Below, piece after piece: positions 1 to 10,963 of a stretch of DNA of 42,050 nt. Numbering within the stretch: the stretch's first letter is position 1; each line of letters begins with the position of its first letter. The position numbers and the translations under genes were made by a program. The stretch is from contig NC_068989.1 in the NCBI RefSeq assembly GCF_001194135.2, positions 46,340,317-46,382,366 of the forward strand, in the 5' to 3' direction. Below the pieces are notes generated by a model that was given only the letters and a program-made list of their open reading frames with translations, was not told the origin of the DNA and did not search any database. This stretch comes from Octopus bimaculoides. Taxonomy: Eukaryota.

Positions 1-199
1 AAATACATAACAAAAATAGCAGGACTTACAAATATATATAACATACAGAAAATTGCACTACTGGGTACTGCACACATTCTACGCAAAACACTTTCAATAC
101 AGTAAACATAAGAGCACCACAGCAAACCACAGCACATACCCAAGGCGCACAGAGCTGCGCTCGGTAGTGAAGTGAAAGCACGTTATAAAAATAAAACTA

Positions 200-230
<31 letters not shown>
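1..230 (+). mobile_element. 3' end of an RLE-type non-LTR retrotransposon (R4/Dong-like), with 3' UTR and (AAT)n tail
   Basis: Frame +1, 1-105, reads KYITKIAGLTNIYNIQKIALLGTAHILRKTLSIQ*. This matches the QKxxLLGTAxILRK C-terminal motif of restriction-like-endonuclease LINEs. About 100 bp of UTR follow, then (AAT)n at about 203-230. Confidence 0.85.
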
Positions 231-232
231 CT

Positions 233-402
233 GATAATCCTTTCTGCTAAAGGTACAAAGCATGAAATTTGGGAAAGGAGGATGAGTTGATTACATGGAC
301 CCCAGTACTCAGCTGGTACGTATTTCATCGACCTTGAAATTATGAACGGCAGAGTTGTCTTTAGCGGAATTTGAGATCAAAACAGACGAATTAACGCTAA
401 GT
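233..402 (-). mobile_element. Degenerate tRNA-related SINE fragment (family of 17021-17225 and 31255-31478)
   Basis: The reverse complement aligns by eye to 17090-17220 (ttcaaattcc...ctttgccttt...atcc...gtcgat...taccag...gggtc...atgtaatc). Confidence 0.75.
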
Positions 403-427
403 GTTAACCTTTCGGAAATAGAAACCG

Positions 428-547
428 GTAGAATTAATACCAGGCTTTAAAAGATAAGTCCTGGAGTTGATTTGTTCGACTAAAATCCTTCAAGACGATG
501 TACCAGCATGGCCTTAGTCAAAAGACTGAAACAAGCGAAAGAAAGAA
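428..547 (+). mobile_element. 3' tail of the dominant SINE family
   Basis: gataagtcctggagttgatttgttcgactaaa...ccagcatggcc...agtcaaaagactgaaacaag matches the tail of the copy at 24660-24750. Confidence 0.8.
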
Positions 548-599
548 CAAAATAAAAGTATTATTTTGGCTAGTTCTTATTCAAAATCAAACATTAAAA

Positions 600-830
600 A
601 GGAACCTGATGAGGTCATCATTAAACGAAATTTCTTACTGCGATCTACAGATCTACGTACAAAGGAGATTTTGCTGTGGGTTTCATGGAATACAAGAGGT
701 ATAACTCATTTCAAATTTTCGGAAAAGGTGGAAGATATCACTGCAGAATATTATTGCCAACAACTTAAACGTGTCCATCAAGTTTTGCCCAAAAAACAAC
801 CGGCTCTGAGCAGAAGGAAACGCTGTGCAT
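600..830 (+). pseudogene. Mariner (DD34D) transposase fragment, catalytic-domain middle
   Basis: ORF 566-889 contains DLRTKEILLWVSWNTRGITHF...ITAEYYCQQLKRVHQVLPKKQPAL, matching mariner xLHPKKxMLCVWWxxxGIIHxE...TITAEYYCQQL. Both ends and the TIRs are missing. Confidence 0.85.
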
Positions 831-920
831 GGCCATCTTACGAATTCGAAAAAGCCTCAAGTAAATTTCAACTAATAACAAGATTATAATTCTTTAAATC
901 ACTGCCTATCGCCTCTAATC

Positions 921-1290
921 TACATACATACATACATACATATATACATACATACATACATAAATACATACATACATGTACATAAATTTGTTAACGTGTA
1001 TAAATATATAAATGCCTGTGCATATATATATATATATTTAGGTGCTTACAATTGTCAAGTATTACCTCTAAATTTCAATTTACCTATATATATATATATA
1101 TATATATATACAAATGCATATCTGTTCATCCTCTATTCATCTTTCTGTCTAACTACATATGTATGTGTATGTGTATGTTTACATAGACACATATATGTAG
1201 TTACAGACATGTGTATACCTACCTACCCACCTACCTACCTACCTACCCACCTACCTACGTAACTACCTTCAAACATACACATATATATTA
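921..1290. repeat. Compound microsatellites (TACA)n, (TA)n, (CCTA)n
   Basis: Read directly from the sequence. Confidence 0.95.
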
Positions 1291-1550
1291 AGCGTGTATC
1301 TATTTATAAGGAAAACAATATGGTCGAAAGCTACGGTAGACCGAGTTGATGAAGTCTGTTGTCATAATTAATGTCAAATGAATATGTACTTGACACCAAA
1401 ATATCTGCATCCCTACGCCAAAGAAATAGTCTACATACCTGAAACAAATATACTTGTGTGTTGATCAACAGAGTGGAAAGACGTCTCAGCAACATAGTCT
1501 GAATAGCTATGTCTGTTATATGCTAACACATACATATATAGAATGGAGAG

Positions 1551-1552
<2 letters not shown>

Positions 1553-1628
<76 letters not shown>

Positions 1629-1660
1629 AGAAAGAGAGAGACAGACAGACAGAAACAGAG
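1553..1660. repeat. (GA)n / (GACA)n microsatellite
   Basis: Read directly from the sequence. Confidence 0.97.
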
Positions 1661-1821
1661 AGGGGTCGGAGAGGGAGTGATAGAAAAAGACATACATCTA
1701 TCCATACACAACACAATTTCATGTATATAACACAAAACTAAAGATACACATAAATACACAGATATATCTATGTTATGTATAAACACATACACACACATAC
1801 ACACACACACATATATATAAA

Positions 1822-1859
<38 letters not shown>

Positions 1860-2105
1860 NNNNNNNNNNNNNNNNNNNNNNNNNNNNNNNNNNNNNNNNN
1901 NNNNNNNNNNNNNNNNNNNNNNNNNNNNNNNNNNNNNNNNNNNNNNNNNNNNNNNNNNNNNNNNNNNNNNNNNNNNNNNNNNNNNNNNNNNNNNNNNNNN
2001 NNNNNNNNNNNNNNNNNNNNNNNNNNNNNNNNNNNNNNNNNNNNNNNNNNNNNNNNNNNNNNNNNNNNNNNNNNNNNNNNNNNNNNNNNNNNNNNNNNNN
2101 NNNNN

Positions 2106-2157
<52 letters not shown>

Positions 2158-2451
2158 TGTTTGTGTGTGTGTGTGTTTGTGTGTATGTGTTTGTATGTAT
2201 ACACATGCCTGAATATACGTAGGATCACGCAATTATTCCTAGGACAACCATTTAGAGGTTTGTTTAAGTATATATATATGTAATTATACGTGAAATACTA
2301 TACGTATATGCATCAAGTATTTTCCATTCACATATCGGTCTTCATCTCAGCGTTCTCTCCTAATTCTCTTCTCTCTTTCTTTTCTTTATATCTCTCTCAC
2401 ATCTATCTATCTGTTTGTCTGTCTGTCTATCTATCTATCTATCTATCTATC

Positions 2452-2482
<31 letters not shown>

Positions 2483-2499
2483 TACACGTGCATACATAC

Positions 2500-2547
<48 letters not shown>

Positions 2548-2556
2548 TTACATATA

Positions 2557-4250
2557 CTAGCTGAATCAGCACCTTCCGTGCGGTCGATTCAGCTAGTACA
2601 TATCTAAACGTAATTTGAAAATAAAATGTGAAACTATAATTTTTTTAAAGAATTTCCTTATAGACAACGTTGTCAGTGTAGATTCCTTCCATACTCTTAT
2701 AACCCGAGTCCAAAACCAATATATGAACATTGTTCCCAGGACCAAAGACAATATATGGTCATTGTTCCCAGAACTAAGCAAAGCTTCCATTATCTCGGTC
2801 CCCTTTCGATTTTGTTGTCATAGTGATGAAGTAGTCTGGCTTTCCAAACTCTCTCACCAGAGCCATTCCAGCTTGGAAACACTCCTTGCAAAACTGAGGA
2901 GAACCAGTATGTGATGGCGGAAGAATGATTTTAGACCGTACGCCATTCATGTCCTCATTTGCAGTAGCATTCAGAAGGCCCTGGTTCTTTTCAGCCTTAA
3001 ATTGTTTCTGATGAATTCTCAAGAAGTGTAATTGATCTTGCTCTATCTTTGCATATTTATCTTCCGCATATTGTTGCATCAGATATCTACTTTTCATTAT
3101 GCCATTGAACTCGTCCTTTCTTACCTGAAGCCGATAAGAATAAAAGTCACATTCAGTGATGTTTTTGGCTTCGGTCATCGTCTTTCAAGAACCCATTCCA
3201 GCCATCTTCCCCGAGTATTCCTTAATTATATCAATAGCCTGTGTAAAACTTTTGAATTATGAATTGTGCATATGTAGTGTTCTCTGCAAGTCTAACAGCA
3301 TGTTCTCATTAAGGTTATTGTCAGCATCTCTGAATGACAATCTGTTTCTAATCTCATTTTCAGTGTCAACGAAATATAGCTGTGCGTAGACTGGTTTCCT
3401 GTTAACTGCCGGTAGGAGACTTCCTATGCGGTGGTACAACTTTTCTTGAATCTTGAAAGTAGGCCTAAAAGTTCTACTACCTGTGTTCAAACTGGTGGAT
3501 TATCCAGTCCAAGTGAAGCCATAAGCCAGTAAATTACTGTAGTCACGAATTTTGTTCAGAAACATTTGACCGCATAGATTAACATCATAGTAATTAGCTA
3601 TTAATTCTAGGAGCTTTTTTTTTTATCTGTGGAACTTTGTCATTGTTAATTTTTCCTTTGCCACAGCAGAGGGTAGTTTTCTCAGCCCCCCCCCCCCAAG
3701 GTAAGCCTTGCAATCAGGGTGTGTTCTGTTAAAAATGTTTCCACAGTAGTGCAACATAAGGCTTGGGTTTCGTTCTTTCTCATGAATATATGCCACATCA
3801 ACTTCCATAACTCCACTCTATCAGTGTCAGCTCTTTGCTGACGAATTCGCGATTGGTATCGTTTCTGGTTGTTTGCTTGTTGCTGCTGAATTTGTGACAG
3901 TGACGTGTTTTTCCTAGAGTCTTGTTTCCTCGACCGATCAGTATTCCTCCGTGCGTCTGTTTCTTGTGGTGTTTCCTTTGCACGGCTTTTCTGTGTTCTC
4001 AGCCAATCCACATTCCTCTCTGCTTCTGTTTTTTCTGGTATTTCCATTCTACGGGCTTCCTGTGTTCTTATCCGATTCGCATTCCTCCGGGCCTCTAAAT
4101 CTTTTGGTTGTACCATTGCCCGGGTTTTCTGTCTCCTCAACCGATCTGCATTTCTTCGTGCCTCTGTTTCGTTTCGTGCTTCCATTGCACGGGTTTCTTG
4201 CATTCTCCTTCGTTTTATTTCGAGACACTGAAAAGAGTTAGGTCCTTGCC
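2557..4250 (-). mobile_element. Internally deleted Helitron: N-terminal RepHel remnant plus 3' hairpin/CTAG terminus
   Basis: Frameshifted minus-strand pieces lie in canonical order: Arg/Glu-rich 23-aa repeats (3682-4203), LHYCG..HPDCKA..TLCCGKGK zinc motif (about 3650-3760), FLNKIRDYSNLLA..MASLG, FKIQEKLYHRIGSLLP..PVYAQLYFVDT (3257-3490), FYSYRLQVR..LMQQYAEDKYAKIE..IILPPSHTGSP..MALVREFGKPDYFITMT (2774-3178; Helitron_like_N). No helicase domain. The minus strand ends in a hairpin followed by CTAG|T at 2560-2556. The 5' end was not located. Confidence 0.93.
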
Positions 4251-4487
4251 TGTTTTCTTTAATTAGCGTCTGTTGTCTTTGCTCGGTGATCCTTTGTGAA
4301 CGGGAATGTTTTCGGGAACTTGTTACCCTTTCTTTTTCTGAGCTTAGTGTACTGATGAAAGCGCGAATATTTATAACAATTATACAGTGAAAGTTTTGAG
4401 ATGATTCAGTTAGTATTTGAGCTAATTTCTCTCAACGGGAAGTTTTCTCGGTATTTATTGTAAATATTTACCTTGTGTATTTATTTA

Positions 4488-4929
4488 CAATTACACCACT
4501 CACGCTAAACACTATTTTAAAGTACCCTTTTTATGTCCTTGAATTGCTCTAAAGGAATCTGACCATAACAATGTCTGAAATTTAGAATTTTTTAAAGTAA
4601 TAATAAAATTAGTGGAAACTATTTTCATGCAGTCGAATGCGCAAAGTTTCCGAAATTTTCATATTTTTTACGTCTCCTATTTCAGAATTCTATGCTTGCG
4701 TGAAACAGCAGACGAAAGTACATCCAATAAGATATTCATACACGCAACGACGTAAGCTGGCATAACAATAGTTCCGACGTCCGATGGCATGAAAATAGGT
4801 CCGACGAATTTTATTAATATCTTCAAAAATTCTAAATTTCCAACATTTTTATGGTCAAATTCGTTTACAGCAATTCAATAACATAAAAATCGCACTTTAG
4901 GATAGTGTTTAGCAAGTATGGTGTAATTG
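4488..4929. mobile_element. MITE / foldback element with about 150-bp imperfect TIRs and a probable TA target duplication
   Basis: 4485-4640 is the imperfect reverse complement of 4780-4932 (ttacaattacacca..gctaaacactat..ttgaattgct..gaccataa..gaaatttagaattttt..aataaaatt..ctattttcatgc). Ends read TA|CAATTACACC...GGTGTAATTG|TA. Non-coding spacer of about 140 bp. Confidence 0.8.
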
Positions 4930-5359
4930 TAATTTTCAGCGAAGACTAAGTGTTTTTATGTTTTTTTGCTTTTTTTCAAAATGNNNNNNNNNNNNNNNNN
5001 NNNNNNNNNNNNNNNNNNNNNNNNNNNNNNNNNNNNNNNNNNNNNNNNNNNNNNNNNNNNNNNNNNNNNNNNNNNNNNNNNNNNNNNNNNNNNNNNNNNN
5101 NNNNNNNNNNNNNNNNNNNNNNNNNNNNNNNNNNNNNNNNNNNNNNNNNNNNNNNNNNNNNNNNNNNNNNNNNNNNNNNNNNNNNNNNNNNNNNNNNNNN
5201 NNNNNNNNNNNNNNNNNNNNNNNNNNNNNNNNNNNNNNNNNNNNNNNNNNNNNNNNNNNNNNNNNNNNNNNNNNNNNNNNNNNNNNNNNNNNNNNNNNNN
5301 NNNNNNNNNNNNNNNNNNNNNNNNNNNNNNNNNNNNNNNNNNNNNNNNNNNNNNNNNNN

Positions 5360-5447
5360 AGAGAGAGAGAGAGAGAAAGAGAGAGAGCGAGAGAGAGAGA
5401 GAGCGAGAGAGAGAGAGAGAGAGCGCGAGAGCGAGAGCGAGAGAGAG
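5360..5447. repeat. (GA)n / (GAGC)n microsatellite
   Basis: Read directly from the sequence. Confidence 0.95.
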
Positions 5448-5599
5448 TTATGAAAGGGAACATTGTATGCAATTCTGTCAATTGCCACTCCTCACACTAC
5501 AACTCTCAATAAGAGAAAGAGATAGTAAGCATGAGGAATAGTAGGAGAGTCATTGAATTGTGAGATGGATAATTCGTTTTGTCGGATTTTACCTGACTG

Positions 5600-5940
5600 A
5601 ATCAGTACCGGTTAGCTTTCGTGAATCCCATATAGAGGTTGACACTCTGTGGGTACCCACAGCTCTTCATGCCAAGTTTGGTCAAAATCGGTTGAGCGGA
5701 AGCAATGTGATAACAAAGTCAGGGATCGGTTACACATACATATAGCATTTGATTGCAGTCCCCTCAGATTGGAACCGGACCGTTTCATTTTCGGGAAGCC
5801 CATATAGATGTTGACACTCTCCCGGTACCCACGGTGCCTCATGCCTAGTTTGGTCGAAATCGGTCCTGTGGTTGCGGAGGATTTTGGTAACAAAAATTTT
5901 CACACACACACATACACGTACACACACAGCGCAATTATAG
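5600..5940 (+). mobile_element. Tandem dimer (172-bp period) of a DINE-1/Helentron-like non-autonomous core ending in (CA)n
   Basis: cccatataga.gttgacactct...ggtacccac...catgcc.agtttggtc.aaatcgg occurs at 5627-5691 and 5799-5863. The motif agtttggtc.aaatcgg followed by a CA-rich microsatellite resembles DINE-1/HINE cores; the family assignment is inference. Confidence 0.5.
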
Positions 5941-5954
5941 TATAAATATATGTA

Positions 5955-6351
5955 TATTCTTTTATTCTTTTACTTGTTGCAGTCATTTGACTGCGGTCAT
6001 GCTGGAGCACCTCCTTTAGTCAATCAAATCAACCCCAGGACTTATTCTTTGTAAGTCTAGTACTTATTCTATCGGTCTATTTGCCAAACCGCTAAGTTAC
6101 GGAGGCGTAAACATACTGGCATCGATTGCCAAGCGACGGTGGTAGTGGAGGACAAACACAGAAATGCAAATATATATGTATATATATGAACAGGCATCTT
6201 TCACTTTCCATCTATCAAATCCACTCACAAGGCTTTGGTCGGCTCGAAGCTATAGTAGAAGACAGTTGCTCAAGGTGCCACGCAGTTGGACTGAACCCTG
6301 AACCATGTAGTTGATAAGCAAGCTTCTTATCACATAGCCGCGCCTGCGTCT
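5955..6351 (-). mobile_element. tRNA-derived SINE, dominant family, full length, with internal microsatellite
   Basis: Minus strand: A-box-like ggctatgtgataag, B-box-like gggttcagtcc, accttgagcaa (CORE-like), internal (TA)n at about 6170-6197, 3' cagtcaaatgactg hairpin and (AAAAGAAT)n-type tail. Confidence 0.92.
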
Positions 6352-7759
6352 ATATGACCGCGTCTGCGCCTACATACACACATACATACGTACATATATA
6401 TATCTTGAACTAACTGTTACTTTCTCAGATACAGCACAGAATTTTGTCAGTGACCAGGTTGCAGTTTCAAAGCGACGAAAATATTTTGGCAAATTAAATT
6501 TAAATGTTGAAGTGAATCTAACGATTTTTGTGTGATTTTAAATGGCCTATAAACACCTTCTACGCTGCAATTGTTTTCGTTCCAGCACACGATCTCAGAT
6601 CAGGTCACTTCCTTTGCAAGTACATCTCCGTAATATATATATATATATATANNNNNNNNNNNNNNNNNNNNNNNNNNNNNNNNNNNNNNNNNNNNNNNNN
6701 NNNNNNNNNNNNNNNNNNNNNNNNNNNNNNNNNNNNNNNNNNNNNNNNNNNNNNNNNNNNNNNNNNNNNNNNNNNNNNNNNNNNNNNNNNNNNNNNNNNN
6801 NNNNNNNNNNNNNNNNNNNNNNNNNNNNNNNNNNNNNNNNNNNNNNNNNNNNNNNNNNNNNNNNNNNNNNNNNNNNNNNNNNNNNNNNNNNNNNNNNNNN
6901 NNNNNNNNNNNNNNNNNNNNNNNNNNNNNNNNNNNNNNNNNNNNNNNNNNNNNNNNNNNNNNNNNNNNNNNNNNNNNNNNNNNNNNNNNNNNNNNNNNNN
7001 NNNNNNNNNNNNNNNNNNNNNNNNNNNNNNNNNNNNNNNNNNNNNNNNNNNNNNNNNNNNNNNNNNNNNNNNNNNNNNNNNNNNNNNNNNNNNNNNNNNN
7101 NNNNNNNNNNNNNNNNNNNNNNNNNNNNNNNNNNNNNNNNNNNNNNNNNNNNNNNNNNNNNNNNNNNNNNNNNNNNNNNNNNNNNNNNNNNNNNNNNNNN
7201 NNNNNNNNNNNNNNNNNNNNNNNNNNNNNNNNNNNNNNNNNNNNNNNNNNNNNNNNNNNNNNNNNNNNNNNNNNNNNNNNNNNNNNNNNNNNNNNNNNNN
7301 NNNNNNNNNNNNNNNNNNNNNNNNNNNNNNNNNNNNNNNNNNNNNNNNNNNNNNNNNNNNNNNNNNNNNNNNNNNNNNNNNNNNNNNNNNNNNNNNNNNN
7401 NNNNNNNNNNNNNNNNNNNNNNNNNNNNNNNNNNNNNNNNNNNNNNNNNNNNNNNNNNNNNNNNNNTATATATGTATATATATATATATATATTTATTTG
7501 TGGGTAGACTCCAAATTTCAGTTGAAGTTATCTAAGAAGCACGTGGAAGGATTGCGTGAGATCCGATGTGTCGTTTCTCTTGGCCGCTGCTTGGATTTCA
7601 ATGTTAGTTGTTAGTGTGTTTATTAATTTGCATTAGAATTTTTGTCGCATGCATTCTTATATACGGCGATTTATATTTTATGGTAGCGATCTTTAATCGT
7701 AATGTGCTTTGCTGAAAAATATATTCTCTTGTTGCTGAAGCAGTATCTTTTCAATTCTG

Positions 7760-8043
7760 GTACTTATACCATTGATTTCTTTTTGCCGAAGCGCTTAATA
7801 ACAGCAATATAAACAAACCAACACCGGTTATCAAGTGTTGGTAAAAGACAAACACACACACACACACACACACAAACACACATACCTCGAGCTTCTTTCA
7901 GTTTTCGTCTAGCACATCTTCTCATGAAAATTTGGTCGGACCGCAGGCACAGTAGAAAACTTTTGTCCAAGTTGCCACACAGTGGGACTGAACCCATAAT
8001 CATGGGGTTACGAAGCAAACTTTGTACCCACACACCTACGCCT
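7760..8043 (-). mobile_element. Degenerate 3'-truncated copy of the dominant SINE
   Basis: Head (gggttcagtcccactgtgtggcaacttggacaa), body and internal (CA)n at 7850-7880 align with 5955-6351. Confidence 0.8.
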
Positions 8044-8666
8044 CTATGTATGCACGCATGTATATGTATACATACGTACGTATACATGCGTGTAGAGTGA
8101 GTGAGTGGGTGTTTATACATATACATACATATACATATACACTCACATACACACATACATATATATCTACAACCCTACACACGTGCATACACGCACACAC
8201 ATACACACCAGACCATAAAGACGCGCGTAGACCTATAGCAAAGTGCTCTGCCTAAATATTCCTATTCATATGCTCACGTGTTTGTATAATATTTCCTTTC
8301 GTAAACAATAGCATGCGAAGTGCATATCGGGGGAGTAAGACTAACGAAAGGAGGTGAGGTTTAAGTAGGCTGGTAGATTACTTCACATCATATGAACTAC
8401 AGTCAGTCATAATCTGGATGCTTTCCAGTGAAAACTAATCGATAACAACTACTAGAAGCTGTCTTGAGAACTCTTGTGTCATTGACAAAATCTGCATTGT
8501 ATATTTAAAATGGATTTATTCCCTAATAGCATTATTAAACTAACTACTGATGGCAGCTTGTCTGTCATGTATTAGGATTCCAAAATGAGTTAGCTTTTAA
8601 AAGTACTTTGAATGTCCTGACTTGAAATGAAAAGTATTTTTATGTATGTGTGTTTGTTTGTTTCTT

Positions 8667-8741
<75 letters not shown>

Positions 8742-9245
8742 NNNNNNNNNNNNNNNNNNNNNNNNNNNNNNNNNNNNNNNNNNNNNNNNNNNNNNNNNNN
8801 NNNNNNNNNNNNNNNNNNNNNNNNNNNNNNNNNNNNNNNNNNNNNNNNNNNNNNNNNNNNNNNNNNNNNNNNNNNNNNNNNNNNNNNNNNNNNNNNNNNN
8901 NNNNNNNNNNNNNNNNNNNNNNNNNNNNNNNNNNNNNNNNNNNNNNNNNNNNNNNNNNNNNNNNNNNNNNNNNNNNNNNNNNNNNNNNNNNNNNNNNNNN
9001 NNNNNNNNNNNNNNNNNNNNNNNNNNNNNNNNNNNNNNNNNNNNNNNNNNNNNNNNNNNNNNNNNNNNNNNTATATATATATATATATATATATATGTTC
9101 GTATATACATATATATGTATACACACACACACACATATTTATATGTATATATAGTTTGATCGATAAACTGCTTTGAAATTATCGTAAGGTTGAAAATGTA
9201 GTTATATCTTTATAAACTCGTCATTAATAAATACGTTATGCATAT

Positions 9246-9712
9246 ATCTTTTGTCCTTTATCTTTCACTTGTTTCGCTCATTATGCTGCGATCATGCTGG
9301 AGCACCGAACAAATCGGTGCCAGTACTTAATTTGTTTGCTAAGTCTGGTTCTTTTTGCCGAACCGCTAGTTTAAGGGGTGGAGTGGAGGGGAGCACATGA
9401 ACGCCGGTTGTCAAGCGGTACTGTGAGACAAACACAAGCACAAACATCACACGCGCACACACATACACACATACAGACACATACACACACACGCACACGC
9501 ACACACACGCATGCATACACACACATACACACGCACACAAACACACATACACACATATGTGTGAGTGTGTGTGACAGGCTTCTTTTAGTTTCCGTCTACG
9601 AAATCCACTCATAAGGCATTGATCGGCCCGAGGCTACGGTAAAAGACATTAGCCCAAGGTGTCACGCAGTGAGACTGAGTTCAGCACCCTGCGGTTAGGA
9701 AGTAACCTTCTT
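9246..9712 (-). mobile_element. Dominant SINE copy with expanded internal (CA)n-type microsatellite
   Basis: Tail 9246-9420 and head 9575-9712 align with the other copies; the internal repeat is about 140 bp. Confidence 0.88.
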
Positions 9713-9867
9713 CTGTGTGTGTATGTTTCAGTTTCAACATCCAAAATATTGAGATATCAGTAAATATCAAAGAGTGCCTTTGCTTCCATTAAATTTGTAT
9801 TCTTAAACTTTAAGCTTGCTTCATCGAGTGACTCTCTAGCTTTCTAAATTTCTAACACAATGATATA

Positions 9868-10416
9868 TTACTCTTTTACTCTTTTACTTGTTTCAGTCAT
9901 TTGACTGCGGCCATGCTGGAGCACCACCATTAGTCGAGAAAATCGACCCCGGGACTTATTCGTTGTAAGCCTAATTCTTATTGTATCAGTCCCTTTTTAC
10001 CGAATCGCTAGGTTACGGGGACCTAAACACGCCACCATCGGTTGTCAAGCGATGGTGGGGGGACCAACACAGACACACAAACACACACACACACACACAC
10101 ACATATATNNNNNNNNNNNNNNNNNNNNNNNNNNNNNNNNNNNNNNNNNNNNNNNNNNNNNNNNNNNNNNNNNNNNNNNNNNNNNNNNNNNNNNNNNNNN
10201 NNNNNNNNNNNNNNNNNNNNNNNNNNNNNNNNNNNNNNNNNNNNNNTATATACGACGGGCTTCTTTCAGTTTCCGTCTACCAAATCCACTCACAAGGCTT
10301 TGGTCGGCCCGAGGCTATAGTAGAAGATACTTGCCCAAGGTTCCACGCTGTGGGACTGAACCCGGAACCATGTGGTTGGTAAGCAAGCTACTTACCACAC
10401 AGCCACTCTTGCGCCT
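9868..10416 (-). mobile_element. Dominant SINE copy, low divergence, with an assembly gap in its internal microsatellite
   Basis: aggcgcaagagtggctgtgtggtaag..ggttccgggttcagtccc..accttgggcaagt head; (AAAAGAGT)n tail at 9868-9890; N gap 10109-10246 lies inside the internal repeat. Confidence 0.95.
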
Positions 10417-10567
10417 ATATGTGTGTATTTCTATATTCGTTTGGATCTGTACGCTTGAATATATACACACAGAGAAAAAAGTAAATCCCGAGCGCAATTT
10501 AGCCGTGAAGACCAAAGAAAAATTGGGTATTTTACTCTTATGAGGCAGAAAAAAGAAATTGCCAACA

Positions 10568-10637
10568 GATGAGCATGGGACTTGAACCCGCACCCCTCAG
10601 ATACTAGTTGAGTACTCTACCATTAAGCTAAACAATC
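10568..10637 (-). pseudogene. tRNA-Thr(AGT)-like sequence (tRNA pseudogene or SINE head)
   Basis: Minus strand: A-box TAGCTTAATGGTAGAG, anticodon arm CTCAA-CTAGTAT-CTGAG (anticodon AGT at 10605-10603), B-box GGTTCAAGTCCC. The acceptor stem is broken, so it is unlikely to be a functional tRNA. Confidence 0.65.
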
Positions 10638-10916
10638 AGCTGACAACAAATGCCGTAAAATTTAAAGCTAAATGATAATGGCTTTTGGAATGCGACATTT
10701 TATAAACAAACGTATTTGATACGTTTCAGACAAGAAAGTACACAGTTTAGCCGTGAAAACGGCAGACATATTGGGTATTTTACTCTGGCAAGATGAAAAA
10801 AGTTGCCAGCAGATGGCTACGGGACACGTTTATAAACCGATTTAGAGTAGTTTGTTACATTTGATTTGAGTTGAAAATTCTGGTACTGTTCACTACTTCT
10901 TAGCTTAACACGAAAG

Positions 10917-10961
<45 letters not shown>

Positions 10962-10963
10962 AT

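Noticed and set aside
601-650. CTGATGA-G...C-GAAA resembling a hammerhead core
   Set aside because: Stem II has a mismatch at its second pair, stem III is marginal and stem I does not pair at the first position; likely chance.
1431-2283. Many overlapping ORFs (SLSL, THTH, YIYI, X runs); likewise at 4936-5541, 6528-7535, 8590-9176, 20449-21407, 22561-23239, 23941-24616 and 36157-37466
   Set aside because: Translations of dinucleotide repeats and N gaps, which cannot contain stops.
3905-4241. Plus-strand ORFs of 108 and 96 aa
   Set aside because: Antisense shadows of the Helitron 69-bp repeat region.
6410-6635. Segment that looks like an interspersed repeat
   Set aside because: Only one copy in the window and no TIR, tail or ORF visible before the gap; cannot be supported from this sequence alone.
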